Shown piece by piece: positions 30,376-40,194 of a stretch of 64,000 nt of DNA. The DNA comes from Alphaproteobacteria bacterium. GTDB lineage: Bacteria; Pseudomonadota; Alphaproteobacteria; SP197. The position numbers and the translations under genes were made by a program. The DNA lies in the NCBI GenBank assembly GCA_965228895.1, contig OZ245842.1, positions 992,001 through 1,056,000 of the forward strand. Reading direction: 5' to 3'. Numbering within the stretch: the stretch's first letter is position 1; each line of letters begins with the position of its first letter. The notes below the pieces were generated by a model that saw only the letters and a list, made by a program, of their open reading frames with translations, did not search any database and was not told where the DNA came from.

Positions 30376-33129
30376 CTACGTTGGGCCAGAATCCGCCATC
30401 TTGGCAAGCAGACGGCGAACATCCTTCGGTGAGATAGGTTTTTCTAGGTAGGGGCGCCCGGTCGAGGCCAGGAACTCGCGTGCCCTGCCGCTCATGGTGT
30501 CGCCGGTGATAAACGCCAGCTTGCCGACCAAGTCGCGGGAGTTGTCTGTTAGCTCCTGGAACAGGTCGTGGCCGTTGAAACCGGGCATTCTAAGGTCGCT
30601 TAGAATGATGTCGTAACCACCGCCTTGCAGACGTTCAAGCGCATCGGTGCCGGAATGGGCGAGATCGACCGAATAACCTTCCCGCTTGAGAATCTCACCG
30701 ATCAGTTCACCGACATCCGGCTCGTCGTCGATGACCAGGGCGCGGCCGCTGGTTTTCGTCTCTGTGAGTTGGTCCGTTGTTTCCTCGGCGGTTGATGCCG
30801 TGGTGCTAACCGGAAACCGGATCACAAAGGACGTGCCTTCGCCTTCTTTGCTCTCGACTTTCATCTTGCCGCCATGCGACTTGATGATGCGATGGCACAG
30901 CGCCAGCCCGATGCCCGTGCCGGTGCTGACATCCTTGGTCGTGAACAGCGGCTCGAAGATGCGGCGGCGGACGTGTTCAGGCATGCCCGGCCCGTTATCC
31001 TTGATCTTCAGCACCACTTCTTGATCGCGTTCGCGGAAGCTGGTGCTGATCTTTAGTTCGCGCTTGTCGTCCCTGTCGCGCTCATCAAGGGCATGCTGTG
31101 CGTTGACGATCAGATTGACCAGGACCTGCTGCAGTTGGGCGGCATCGGCATGGATCGGCGGCAGCTCGCGCGCCATGCGGACCTGAACCTTGATGTTGGA
31201 GCCGCGCAAGGCATAGCCGGTAAACTCAAGAGCCGCATCGACGGTGTCGCGCAGATTGATATCGCGGGCCTTGGTCGGTTCCTGGCGCGCCATGGCGAGG
31301 AACGTCTTGACGATCCTGGCGCAGCGGTCGGCGGCATTGCCGATCCGTTCGGCCCTGAGTTTGACCGTCGGGTCTTCCGCCGTCTCGCGCAACAGAAGCG
31401 CCTGGCCGACCAGGACCGAAAGCGGATTGTTGAGTTCATGGGCGATGCCGGCAAGAAGCTCGCCGAGTGCGCTGAGCTTTTCGGTTTGGTGAAGCGCCTC
31501 GCGTTGCAGGGCCATCTCCGCTTCGATTTCATGCTGGTGGGTCATGTCAGCGGAACTGAAAACGATGACTTCCTCACCGTCGAACTCAATCAGGCGGGCC
31601 GATAGTTGCCCCGGAAACTTGCTGCCATCGGTACGCTTGAACGTCAGGTCAAAGTTGTCGACGCCACCGTCGCGCCTAAGCGCCTCCATATAGCGGTCGC
31701 GATCGTTGGGATCGGCGAAGTTGTCGATTCCGAAGGCCGCTTCCACATTGCTGCCGCGCTTGAAAAGCGCCTTGGAAGCGGGGCTCTCGTAAAGGATGAG
31801 GCTGTCTGCGGCGCGAGTCATGCCGAAGGGAACGGGGCAGGCTTCCAGCAGACGATGGACGAGGGCATTGCTCTCGCGCACCGCCGCCTCGGCCGCCTTG
31901 AGCGCTGTGATATCGGTTCTGAGCGACGCGATACCGCCATCCGATGTCGGGTGGCGCGTGATCAGCCACCACTCGCCGGTCTTAAGATGCAGTTCGATGG
32001 GTGCGGTGCTGGCGCGGTCCATGCGCGCCAGGACGTCATCGATGTCGATGCGGTCGGCGATGAGTTGTTGGCCGTTGATCGAGGCAATGCTGGGGATCAT
32101 TTCCTCGACGAACTCACGGGACTTCCGTCCGATCAAGTCGGCGGGTGCGTGGCCGTAGGCTTCGGCAAAGGCATCGTTGCACAGCAAGAGTTCGCCGTCG
32201 GAGTCCGACACGGAAAATCCGTGCGGCAGACTGTTCATGGCGTCCTGCAGGAGCTGCAGCAGGTTCTCTCGCTGTTGGCGTGCCTCCAGACGCTCGCTCA
32301 GGTCGCGGATGTCGGCAACGAACTGGACCTCGCCGTCAACGCTGATCTGTGAAAACGCCAGCTCCACGGGAAAGCATGAACCGTCGGCGCGCATGCCTTC
32401 TGTTTCCATGACCTGGCCTTGCATCTGCGATACGCCGATCTCGCGATAGCGGGCAAAACCGTCTTCATGGCGCTGGCGCAGGTGTGGCGGGATCATGACA
32501 TCGCCGATCTGGCGACCAACCACGTCGGCTTCCGACAATCCGAACAGCCGTTCGGCCGCCGGGTTCATGGCCACCAACTTGCCGTCGCCGTCGATGGTGA
32601 CGATGCCGTTACGCGACGTTGCGACGATGGCCTGGTTCATCGCCTCGGACCGGCTCAACGCCTGCTGCGTCTCGACCTCGGCGGAGATATCGATCATGCA
32701 GCCGACGAATTGGGCGGGCGTGTCCGCGGTTGCCGGCATGATTCGCAGTTCGTCACGGAACCACATCCAGGCACCGTCAGCGGTTTGAAACCGGTAGGTG
32801 TGAGTCAGCGCACCGGCGTCGGGCAGGCGCCTGATGTTGTCGAAGTAGTCGTCCAGGTCGTCAGGGTGAATGAAGCGTCGGCCATAGGCGTGCTCATCGA
32901 TGAAACGCGCCGGCTTGTGGCCGGTAATGGTCTCGATGTTGCTGCTGATAAAGCTGACGGGGGAGTCGTTACCAACCTCGGCGACGTAGTAAATGGCGCG
33001 CGACTGGGAGACCGCGAAATCGAGCAGCAGCTGTTCGCGATCGGCAATCGCCAAGGGCGGCGGGTCTTGCGATGTGTCCGTCGTCGTTATGTTCTCGTTC
33101 CACGGCTCCTGACGCCGGCACGGCGCCAT
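30376..33129 (-). CDS. Multi-PAS hybrid sensor histidine kinase (HK3)
   Basis: About four PAS domains, H-box [35 protein letters not shown], receiver (IDDE, LSDLRMP, EKP). Start uncertain (33183, 33129 or further downstream). Confidence 0.92.
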   Translation of the reverse strand: MAPCRRQEPWNENITTTDTSQDPPPLAIADREQLLLDFAVSQSRAIYYVAEVGNDSPVSFISSNIETITGHKPARFIDEHAYGRRFIHPDDLDDYFDNIRRLPDAGALTHTYRFQTADGAWMWFRDELRIMPATADTPAQFVGCMIDISAEVETQQALSRSEAMNQAIVATSRNGIVTIDGDGKLVAMNPAAERLFGLSEADVVGRQIGDVMIPPHLRQRHEDGFARYREIGVSQMQGQVMETEGMRADGSCFPVELAFSQISVDGEVQFVADIRDLSERLEARQQRENLLQLLQDAMNSLPHGFSVSDSDGELLLCNDAFAEAYGHAPADLIGRKSREFVEEMIPSIASINGQQLIADRIDIDDVLARMDRASTAPIELHLKTGEWWLITRHPTSDGGIASLRTDITALKAAEAAVRESNALVHRLLEACPVPFGMTRAADSLILYESPASKALFKRGSNVEAAFGIDNFADPNDRDRYMEALRRDGGVDNFDLTFKRTDGSKFPGQLSARLIEFDGEEVIVFSSADMTHQHEIEAEMALQREALHQTEKLSALGELLAGIAHELNNPLSVLVGQALLLRETAEDPTVKLRAERIGNAADRCARIVKTFLAMARQEPTKARDINLRDTVDAALEFTGYALRGSNIKVQVRMARELPPIHADAAQLQQVLVNLIVNAQHALDERDRDDKRELKISTSFRERDQEVVLKIKDNGPGMPEHVRRRIFEPLFTTKDVSTGTGIGLALCHRIIKSHGGKMKVESKEGEGTSFVIRFPVSTTASTAEETTDQLTETKTSGRALVIDDEPDVGELIGEILKREGYSVDLAHSGTDALERLQGGGYDIILSDLRMPGFNGHDLFQELTDNSRDLVGKLAFITGDTMSGRAREFLASTGRPYLEKPISPKDVRRLLAKMADSGPT

Positions 33130-33153
33130 CCGCTTTAAGCCTATCAGCGGTAC

Positions 33154-33201
33154 GTTTCTGTTCGGTGCCTGGACGGGTGCCATTGTGTTTCAATTGTTTC
33201 A
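33154..33201 (-). promoter_or_regulatory. GAAAC repeats upstream of the HK3-regulator operon
   Basis: Minus-strand GAAAC at 33200-33196, 33191-33187 and 33158-33154 (last two 33 bp apart); reads TGAAACAATTGAAACACA. Confidence 0.45.
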
Positions 33202-33272
33202 GCGCGCGTGCAACCGCATGCCCGGCGACTGGGCGGTTATCGCCGGGCATGGTCGGCTGACAAGCTACGCAC

Positions 33273-33476
33273 CTAGGCGTAGTGCCGAATATCGGCCGGC
33301 TTGGCGTTGTCGTTCGCGGTGCCGGACAGGCCGGCAATCTGGCAGCGGTGAAGCCCGATATCGCGCAGCGTATGGTCGTTCAGCATTTCCATGGCGGTCA
33401 GCGAGCGGCCTACGCGGTTGCGGCGACGCATGCGGCCGAAAACATCGGCAAAATGCTCTAGCGGATTGGTCAACAT
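33273..33476 (-). CDS. DUF1127 (YjiS-like) small protein
   Basis: 67 aa; Arg-rich RMRRRNR then LNDHTLRDIGL.R..I; RBS GGAGG before ATG 33476. Confidence 0.8.
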   Translation of the reverse strand: MLTNPLEHFADVFGRMRRRNRVGRSLTAMEMLNDHTLRDIGLHRCQIAGLSGTANDNAKPADIRHYA

Positions 33477-33547
33477 GGCACGGGCCTCCAACACTCCTGC
33501 TTCGGGCGGGGGCAAATCCCACGCGCCAAGCCAATGTGGCGACCGGC

Positions 33548-33597
33548 TGTTTCTGAATAATATCGGGACCGGCGCCTTATTGTTTCAGTTTGATGTC
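33548..33597 (-). promoter_or_regulatory. Phased 11-bp direct-repeat array upstream of the DUF1127 gene
   Basis: Minus-strand GACAT (33597), GAAAC (33586), GATAT (33564), GAAAC (33553); offsets 0, 11, 33, 44. Confidence 0.55.
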
Positions 33598-34932
33598 CGG
33601 CAGCGGCATCCGGCGGGTCCAGCTCTCGGCAACCCGTAAAAGCCTGCTATCGCTGCCGTGTGGGCCGATAACCTGCAGGCCCGCCGGTAAGCCGTCTTCC
33701 GCCAACCCGCAGGGGATCGAAACCGCCGGATGGCCGGTCAGGTTGAAGGGCGCCATGAAACGCATTTCGACCGTGCCCTCGTCGTCGACGATGTCGATGT
33801 CGGCCGATGGCGCCACCCAGGCGACGGTCGGACACACCAGGAGATCGACCCGGTCGAACACGTCGTCGAGCTTCCGGCGAAGCGCAGTGCGAAAGCGGTT
33901 GGCTTTGACGTAGTCGATGGCCGACGTCTCGAAACCCATCTCCAACTGGAGCCGGGTCTGGGGTCCATAACCTTCGGGATTGCTGGCCAGGACCGTTTCG
34001 TGCACCGCCGTTGCCTCAGGCAAGATGATGTCGATCAACGCCTGATCACAGGGTTCCAGATCGGGTAGATCCAGACCGAGACGTTCGCCGCCTGCCGCTT
34101 CCAGGGCTGCAACGCCTGCGTCAAACGCCGCCGCCATGCCCGGTGAAAGAGCGGGGTCATGACGAAACGCATCGACGACGGCAAAGCGGATGCCGGTCAG
34201 CGGGTGCGGTGTCAGGTCGCTGTTAACACCGCGCATCCCGTCCAACATGGCGAGCGTGCAGAGCGGTGTGCGCGCCATGGGTCCGGCATGGTCCAATGAC
34301 GGTGACAGGGGATACACACCCGCCGTGTCGACGAGGTCGAACGTCGGTTTCAGTCCCGCGATGCCGCAATAGCTGGCTGGTCCGCGGATCGAGCCGCCGG
34401 TGTCGGTGCCGACTGCAGCGGCAAAAAAGCCGGCGGCGACACCGGCGCCCGACCCGCTGCTGGAGCCGCCCGATATCCGTGAGACATCCCACGGATTGTT
34501 GGTCTGACCGAAAGCGGGATGCAGGGCGCCCGATGCAAATTCAAGGACGTTGGTCTTGGCGACAAAGACGGCGCCCGTCGTTTCCAGATGATCGACCAGG
34601 GCCGCCGACTGGGCTGGCGTATGCGGTGGGACCGCGTTCGAAGCGTAGGTCGTCGGCAGGCCGGCGACATCGATGATGTCCTTGATGCCGACCGGAATGC
34701 CGTGGAGCGGACCGCGATCGATGCCTTGCGCAATCTCTCGCCCGGCGCGCGCCGCCTGTTCGCGCGCCAGCGCTTCGCTCAACGTGATGACGGCGTTGAG
34801 CCTATCCTCCCAGGTCGCGATGCGCGCAAGGCATCCTTCGAGCACATCGAGAGGCGAGAACGCGCCCGTGCGAAACCCTTGGCCCAGCTCCGCGACCGTC
34901 GGCAGGGGTGTCGTCACGTCATCAATGGCCAT
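33577..34932 (-). CDS. Amidase signature family enzyme (GatA/AtzE-like)
   Basis: GPLHGIPVGIKD, SGGSSSGS, GTDTGGSIRGPASYCG; Lys-Ser-Ser triad intact. Confidence 0.93.
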   Translation of the reverse strand: MAIDDVTTPLPTVAELGQGFRTGAFSPLDVLEGCLARIATWEDRLNAVITLSEALAREQAARAGREIAQGIDRGPLHGIPVGIKDIIDVAGLPTTYASNAVPPHTPAQSAALVDHLETTGAVFVAKTNVLEFASGALHPAFGQTNNPWDVSRISGGSSSGSGAGVAAGFFAAAVGTDTGGSIRGPASYCGIAGLKPTFDLVDTAGVYPLSPSLDHAGPMARTPLCTLAMLDGMRGVNSDLTPHPLTGIRFAVVDAFRHDPALSPGMAAAFDAGVAALEAAGGERLGLDLPDLEPCDQALIDIILPEATAVHETVLASNPEGYGPQTRLQLEMGFETSAIDYVKANRFRTALRRKLDDVFDRVDLLVCPTVAWVAPSADIDIVDDEGTVEMRFMAPFNLTGHPAVSIPCGLAEDGLPAGLQVIGPHGSDSRLLRVAESWTRRMPLPDIKLKQ

Positions 34933-34959
34933 CGGGTGTTCCTGCCTCTCCCTCTGTCC

Positions 34960-35916
34960 TCAGCTGCGCGCGGTTAGCGCGTGGGCCATGACACACAACA
35001 TTTCATACATCAGGTTGGCGGCGGTGACGCAGGTGATGCCGGTCGGGTCGAAGCATGGCGCGACTTCGCTGATGTCGGCACCGACAACGTCCAGACCCAA
35101 CAACGAGCGGATGATCACCTGTACGTCGCGTGGCAAGAGACCGCCGATCTCCGGCACGCCGGTACCCGGCGCATAGGTCGGATCCAGACCGTCGATATCG
35201 AGCGAGATATAGACCGGCCCGTCGCCCAGCGTTTCCAGCATGCGACGGATCACTTCGGCACGGCCCATTTCCTCGTATTCGTCCATGGTGATGATGGTGA
35301 AGCCGACGTCATAGCCGTACTTCAGATCATCGTCGCTGAACCGGCTGCCGCGCAGGCCGATCTGAACGATACGCTTGGGATCGATCAGGCCTTCTTCGTT
35401 GGCGCGGCGCAGGAAGGTCGCGTGGTTGATCTTGGTGCCGCACAGCTCATCCAGCGTGTCGGCGTGGGCGTCGAAATGGACCATGCCGACCGGCTGGTCC
35501 CTCGCGATGCCACGCAGGATCGGGATCGGGATCGTGTGGTCGCCGCCGATCGCGATCGGCCTGATACCGGCACCGTGCATCCGGGCGAAATAGGCCTCGA
35601 TCTTGTCGATCGAGTCCTCAAGGCTCAGCGGGTTAACCGGCGCATCGCCCAGGTCGGCGACGTTGCAGGCGTCAAACGGGTTGATGCCGCTGGAGGGATG
35701 CACACGCCGAATCAGACGCGATGCCTCGCGAATACCTGCCGGACCCTGACGCGCGCCGGACCGGAAGTTGACGCCCAGATCGAACGGGACGCCGACAAGG
35801 CCGACATCGATCGCCTCGTCGATATCGTGACGCGTTGTGCGCATGAACGTCGCGGCATCAGCAAACCGCGGCACGACGGCGGCATCGACCTGTTGAAAGC
35901 GCGGATCCGAACCCAT
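34960..35916 (-). CDS. Agmatinase / ureohydrolase family protein
   Basis: GVPFD, R.GARQGP, GGDHT, HFDAHAD, SLDIDGLDP..APGTG.PE.GGL metal ligands. Confidence 0.92.
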   Translation of the reverse strand: MGSDPRFQQVDAAVVPRFADAATFMRTTRHDIDEAIDVGLVGVPFDLGVNFRSGARQGPAGIREASRLIRRVHPSSGINPFDACNVADLGDAPVNPLSLEDSIDKIEAYFARMHGAGIRPIAIGGDHTIPIPILRGIARDQPVGMVHFDAHADTLDELCGTKINHATFLRRANEEGLIDPKRIVQIGLRGSRFSDDDLKYGYDVGFTIITMDEYEEMGRAEVIRRMLETLGDGPVYISLDIDGLDPTYAPGTGVPEIGGLLPRDVQVIIRSLLGLDVVGADISEVAPCFDPTGITCVTAANLMYEMLCVMAHALTARS

Positions 35917-35990
35917 GATTGACCTGCCCTGATGATGTTGTTGTGCGAGCAGGCAACTTATGGCTGGACGTGGTGAAAAGGCCAGCCGAT

Positions 35991-36455
35991 TCAGGCCGGC
36001 GGTGGCGGGCTCTGTCGTTTGATCGCCTGGACGGCGGTTTCGAGCGCCTGCAGAAACCTCGAACGGTCGGCTTTGGCGAAGGGTCGCCCGCCGCCCGTGA
36101 CCTCGCCGGTCTCGCGCAGATGGGTCATCAGGTCACGGGTCGCCAGGACCGCGCCGATGTTATCGGGCGTTAGCGGCCGGCCGGATGGATCGACGACATG
36201 GGCGCCGGCCTCGACACAGCGCGCGGCGAGCGGAATATCGGCGGTGATCACGATATCGGCGGCGCCACAGTGTTCGGCAATCCAGTCATCGGCGACATCC
36301 AGGCCGTCGGCGACGATCACATTGCGAACCAAGACGGGATTGGAGGGCCGGATGCCGCTGTTGCTGACCATGTGGACGATGATGCTGTGGCGCTCGGCCA
36401 CCCGCACGATCTCGTCCTTGACCGGGCATGCGTCGGCGTCGACGTAAATTTCCAA
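35991..36455 (-). CDS. YaiI/YqxD (DUF188) family protein
   Basis: TTG start after AGGAG; IYVDADACPVKDEI, DVADDWIAE, VITADIPLA. Confidence 0.9.
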   Translation of the reverse strand: MEIYVDADACPVKDEIVRVAERHSIIVHMVSNSGIRPSNPVLVRNVIVADGLDVADDWIAEHCGAADIVITADIPLAARCVEAGAHVVDPSGRPLTPDNIGAVLATRDLMTHLRETGEVTGGGRPFAKADRSRFLQALETAVQAIKRQSPPPPA

Positions 36456-36567
36456 ATCGGGGTCTCCTGGGGGCGGAACAGGGGTGGCAGACTGGCTGAC
36501 GGGCGGTACTACGTCCAGAGTTGCATTGGGCAAAAACCGCCCGTTTTCAGCAGTTTGCCGCGCTTGA

Positions 36568-36596
36568 TTGACGGTTCCACGGGCCGGCCGCATACT
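36568..36596 (+). promoter_or_regulatory. Sigma70-type promoter of the mutase operon
   Basis: TTGACG - 17 bp - CATACT. Confidence 0.6.
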
Positions 36597-36631
36597 CATT
36601 TCGCACTTGCGAGATGAATGGGATTGGGCCG

Positions 36632-38779
36632 ATGAGCCGGTTTCGTGATCAAGCGCCGGAATCGTGGCGCGATCTGGCGGAAAAAGACCTGAAAGGCGAC
36701 AGCGTCGACAGCCTGGTTTGGCGTTCACCTGAGGGCCTTGACGTCAAACCGCTCTATACGGCCGCCGATCTGGAGGCGCTTCAAGGCCTCGATACCTTGC
36801 CCGGCATCGCGCCCTATATGCGGGGCGTGCGCGCCACCATGTACGCCAACCGGCCATGGACGATCCGGCAGTATGCCGGTTTCTCGACGGCCGAAGAATC
36901 AAACGCCTTCTATCGCCAGGCGCTTGCCGGGGGTCAGAAGGGGCTCTCCGTCGCGTTCGATCTGGCGACCCACCGGGGTTACGACAGCGACCATCCGCGC
37001 GTCGTCGGCGATGTCGGCAAGGCCGGGGTCGCGATCGACAGCGTGGAAGACACCAAGATCCTGTTCGACGGCATCCCGCTCGACGAGATGACCGTGTCGA
37101 TGACCATGAACGGCGCCGTGTTGCCGGTGATGGCGATGTACATCGTCGCGGCGGAAGAGCAGGGCGTTTCCCAGGAGAAGCTCGCCGGGACCATTCAGAA
37201 CGACATCCTGAAAGAGTTCATGGTGCGCAACACCTATATCTATCCGCCCGAGCCGTCGATGCGGATCGTGGCCGACATCATCGCCCACACGGCCGAACAC
37301 ATGCCGCGCTTCAATTCGATCTCGATCAGCGGCTATCACATGCAGGAGGCCGGCGCGACGGCGGTCCAGGAGCTCGCGTTTACGTTGGCCGATGGTGTCG
37401 AGTACGTGCGTGCGGCGCTGTCGCGCGGCCTGGATGTCGACAGCTTCGCGCCGCGCCTCAGTTTCTTCTTCGCCATCGGCATGAACTTCTTCATGGAGGT
37501 CGCCAAGCTGCGCGCCGCGCGTATGCTGTGGTCGGAGCTGATGGCGGAGTTCGAACCGAAGAACCCGCGCTCCAGCATGTTGCGGACCCATTGTCAGACC
37601 TCCGGCGTCTCGCTGACCGAGCAAGATCCCTACAACAACATCGTCCGGACGGCCTATGAGGCGCTGGCGGCCGTGCTCGGCGGCACGCAGAGCCTGCATA
37701 CCAACTCGTTCGACGAGGCGCTAGCGTTGCCGTCCGACTTCGCTGCCCATATCGCGCGGAACACGCAGTTGATCCTGGCCGAGGAGACCGAGGTCACCCG
37801 TGTCGTGGATCCACTTGCCGGCAGCTACTACGTCGAGAGCCTGACCCAGTCCTTGGCTGCCGAGGCGCGCAAGCTGATCGGCGAGGTCGACGAACTCGGC
37901 GGCATGACCAAGGCGATCGAGGCCGGCATGCCGAAGCTCAGGATCGAGGAAAGCGCGGCGCGCCGTCAGGCTCGTATCGATCGCGGCGAAGAGGTCATCG
38001 TCGGCGTCAACAAGTACACCGGAGGCCACGAGAGCGAGGTCGAGGTGCGCGACATCGACAACGCCGGGGTGCGCGAGCAGCAGGTCGCGCGCCTGAACAA
38101 GATCCGCGAGACCCGCGACGAAGCCGCTAGCCGCGCGGCGCTGGAGGCAATCACGGCAGGCGCCGCCGGTGACGCCAACCTCCTGGCGCTGTCGATCGAC
38201 GCGGCACGGGCCCGTGCCACGGTGGGTGAGATCTCCGATGCCATGGAGCAGGTCTTCACACGCCACCGCGCGGTCATTCGCTCGATATCCGGCGTCTATG
38301 GCGATGCCTGGGAGGGTGACGAGGCGTTTGAGCGCATCCGTACCGAAATTGACGACTTCGCCGCCAAGGAAGGCCGCCGGCCTCGCATGCTCGTCGTGAA
38401 GCTGGGTCAGGATGGCCATGATCGCGGCGCCAAGGTCATCGCCACCGCGTTTGCCGATATCGGCTTTGACGTCGACATGGGGCCGCTCTTCCAGACGCCC
38501 GACGAAGCGGCGCGCCAGGCGGTTGAGAACGACGTGCATGTCATCGGCGTGTCGAGCCAGGCGGCCGGTCACAAGACATTGGTGCCCCAGCTTATCGAGG
38601 AGCTGAAGCAGCAGGGCGCAGGCGACATCCTTGTGGTCTGCGGCGGCGTCATTCCGCCCCAGGACTACGACATGCTGAAGGCCGCGGGCGTCAGTGCGAT
38701 TTACGGACCCGGCACGAGCATTCCGGCTGCCGCCGCGGAGATCCTGGATCTCGTCCAGAGCCGGCGCCAGGCGGCCTGA
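36632..38779 (+). CDS. scpA: Methylmalonyl-CoA mutase (B12-dependent)
   Basis: [41 protein letters not shown]12-binding [11 protein letters not shown]. Confidence 0.97.
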   Translation: MSRFRDQAPESWRDLAEKDLKGDSVDSLVWRSPEGLDVKPLYTAADLEALQGLDTLPGIAPYMRGVRATMYANRPWTIRQYAGFSTAEESNAFYRQALAGGQKGLSVAFDLATHRGYDSDHPRVVGDVGKAGVAIDSVEDTKILFDGIPLDEMTVSMTMNGAVLPVMAMYIVAAEEQGVSQEKLAGTIQNDILKEFMVRNTYIYPPEPSMRIVADIIAHTAEHMPRFNSISISGYHMQEAGATAVQELAFTLADGVEYVRAALSRGLDVDSFAPRLSFFFAIGMNFFMEVAKLRAARMLWSELMAEFEPKNPRSSMLRTHCQTSGVSLTEQDPYNNIVRTAYEALAAVLGGTQSLHTNSFDEALALPSDFAAHIARNTQLILAEETEVTRVVDPLAGSYYVESLTQSLAAEARKLIGEVDELGGMTKAIEAGMPKLRIEESAARRQARIDRGEEVIVGVNKYTGGHESEVEVRDIDNAGVREQQVARLNKIRETRDEAASRAALEAITAGAAGDANLLALSIDAARARATVGEISDAMEQVFTRHRAVIRSISGVYGDAWEGDEAFERIRTEIDDFAAKEGRRPRMLVVKLGQDGHDRGAKVIATAFADIGFDVDMGPLFQTPDEAARQAVENDVHVIGVSSQAAGHKTLVPQLIEELKQQGAGDILVVCGGVIPPQDYDMLKAAGVSAIYGPGTSIPAAAAEILDLVQSRRQAA

Positions 38780-38790
38780 CCGCGCCCACC

Positions 38791-39771
38791 TTGACCGCCA
38801 CCAGCGACTTCATCAAAGCGATCCAGTCGGGCGACCGGCGCGCCATGGCGCGCGCGATCACACTGGTCGAATCGACCCGAGATGCCGATCAGGATGCCGC
38901 CGAGGACCTGCTTGCCGGTCTGTTGCCGTTGGGCGGCAAGGCCAAGCGTCTCGGCATTTCCGGTGCGCCCGGTGTCGGCAAGTCGACCTTCGTCGAAGCG
39001 TTCGGTCTTTACGCCATCGAACAAGGCCACCGCGTGGCTGTTCTGGCGGTCGATCCGTCCTCGACCCGCACCGGCGGTTCGATCCTGGGCGACAAGACCC
39101 GCATGGAACGGTTGTCGCGTGATCCGCAAGCCTTCATCCGGCCGTCGCCGTCCGCCGGCTTGCTGGGTGGCATCGCCCGGCGCACCCGTGAAGCGATCGC
39201 CGTGGTCGAGGCGGCCGGCTACGACGTCGTCATTGTCGAGACGGTCGGCGTCGGCCAGTCCGAAACGGCGGTCGCCGATGTCACCGACATGTTCTTGCTG
39301 CTGTTGGCGCCGGGGGCCGGCGACACGTTGCAGGGCGTCAAACGCGGCGTCATGGAACTGGCCGATCTGATCCTGGTCAACAAGGCCGATGGCGCCCTGA
39401 GGGACGCCGCGCGCCATGTGGTCGCCGACTACCGTGCCGCGCTCGGTCTCCTGAAACCGCAGTCGGCCCACTGGTCGCCACAGGTCGAATCGTGCTCAGC
39501 GCTTGAGGGAACCGATATCGACGCCGCCTGGGCGGTCGTCGAGGCATTCTGGCAGACCATGACCGATGCGGGCGCCCTGGAGGCACGCCGCCAAGACCAG
39601 GCAAAACGGCGTTTGTGGCTGGAAATCGGCGATTACGTCATGGAACGGGTCCGGACCGACCCGCGAACTGCCAGATTGGTGGCGGGTCTGGAAAACGACG
39701 TCGCGGCCGGTGATCTGCCGGTCAGAACCGCCGCGCGCCAAGCGTTGGCGCCGCTTTTCGGCGAATCTTGA
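38791..39771 (+). CDS. meaB: Methylmalonyl-CoA mutase-associated GTPase
   Basis: GAPGVGKST, AVDPSS...GGSILGDKTRM, VETVGVGQSE, NKAD. Confidence 0.95.
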   Translation: MTATSDFIKAIQSGDRRAMARAITLVESTRDADQDAAEDLLAGLLPLGGKAKRLGISGAPGVGKSTFVEAFGLYAIEQGHRVAVLAVDPSSTRTGGSILGDKTRMERLSRDPQAFIRPSPSAGLLGGIARRTREAIAVVEAAGYDVVIVETVGVGQSETAVADVTDMFLLLLAPGAGDTLQGVKRGVMELADLILVNKADGALRDAARHVVADYRAALGLLKPQSAHWSPQVESCSALEGTDIDAAWAVVEAFWQTMTDAGALEARRQDQAKRRLWLEIGDYVMERVRTDPRTARLVAGLENDVAAGDLPVRTAARQALAPLFGES

Positions 39772-39796
39772 CCTTCGGGCCAGCCGCGCGTAAATA
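39768..39796 (+). promoter_or_regulatory. Sigma70-type promoter of rpmB
   Basis: TTGACC - 17 bp - TAAATA. Confidence 0.6.
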
Positions 39797-39863
39797 GCCG
39801 CTCCCGGTTTCATGTGGCGTGGCCCCGGCGGCCGCGCCTTAGCTTATTTCAAGGAGTTGGATC

Positions 39864-40166
39864 ATGTCGCGACGCTGCCAACTGACAGGCAAGGGCGTCC
39901 AGTCGGGCAACAATGTGAGCCACGCGCAGAACAAGACCCGGCGCCGGTTCCTGCCCAACCTGCAGACAACCAAGCTTTATTCCGATGCGCTCGGCCAGAT
40001 GATCTCGCTCCGGCTCTCGGCGAACGCCATCCGAACGGTCGAAAAGAACGGCGGCCTCGATGCCTTTTTGATGAGCCGCAACGACAGCAAGCTGCCCGAC
40101 GAAGCGCTGCGCCTGAAGCGGCGGATCGAGAAGGCCGCGGCCCGCAAGGCCGAAGCCGCCGCTTGA
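39864..40166 (+). CDS. rpmB: 50S ribosomal protein L28
   Basis: [33 protein letters not shown]; RBS AAGGAG. Confidence 0.98.
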   Translation: MSRRCQLTGKGVQSGNNVSHAQNKTRRRFLPNLQTTKLYSDALGQMISLRLSANAIRTVEKNGGLDAFLMSRNDSKLPDEALRLKRRIEKAAARKAEAAA

Positions 40167-40194
40167 TCGCCCGCCCCGGGAGGGGCCGTCAGCC

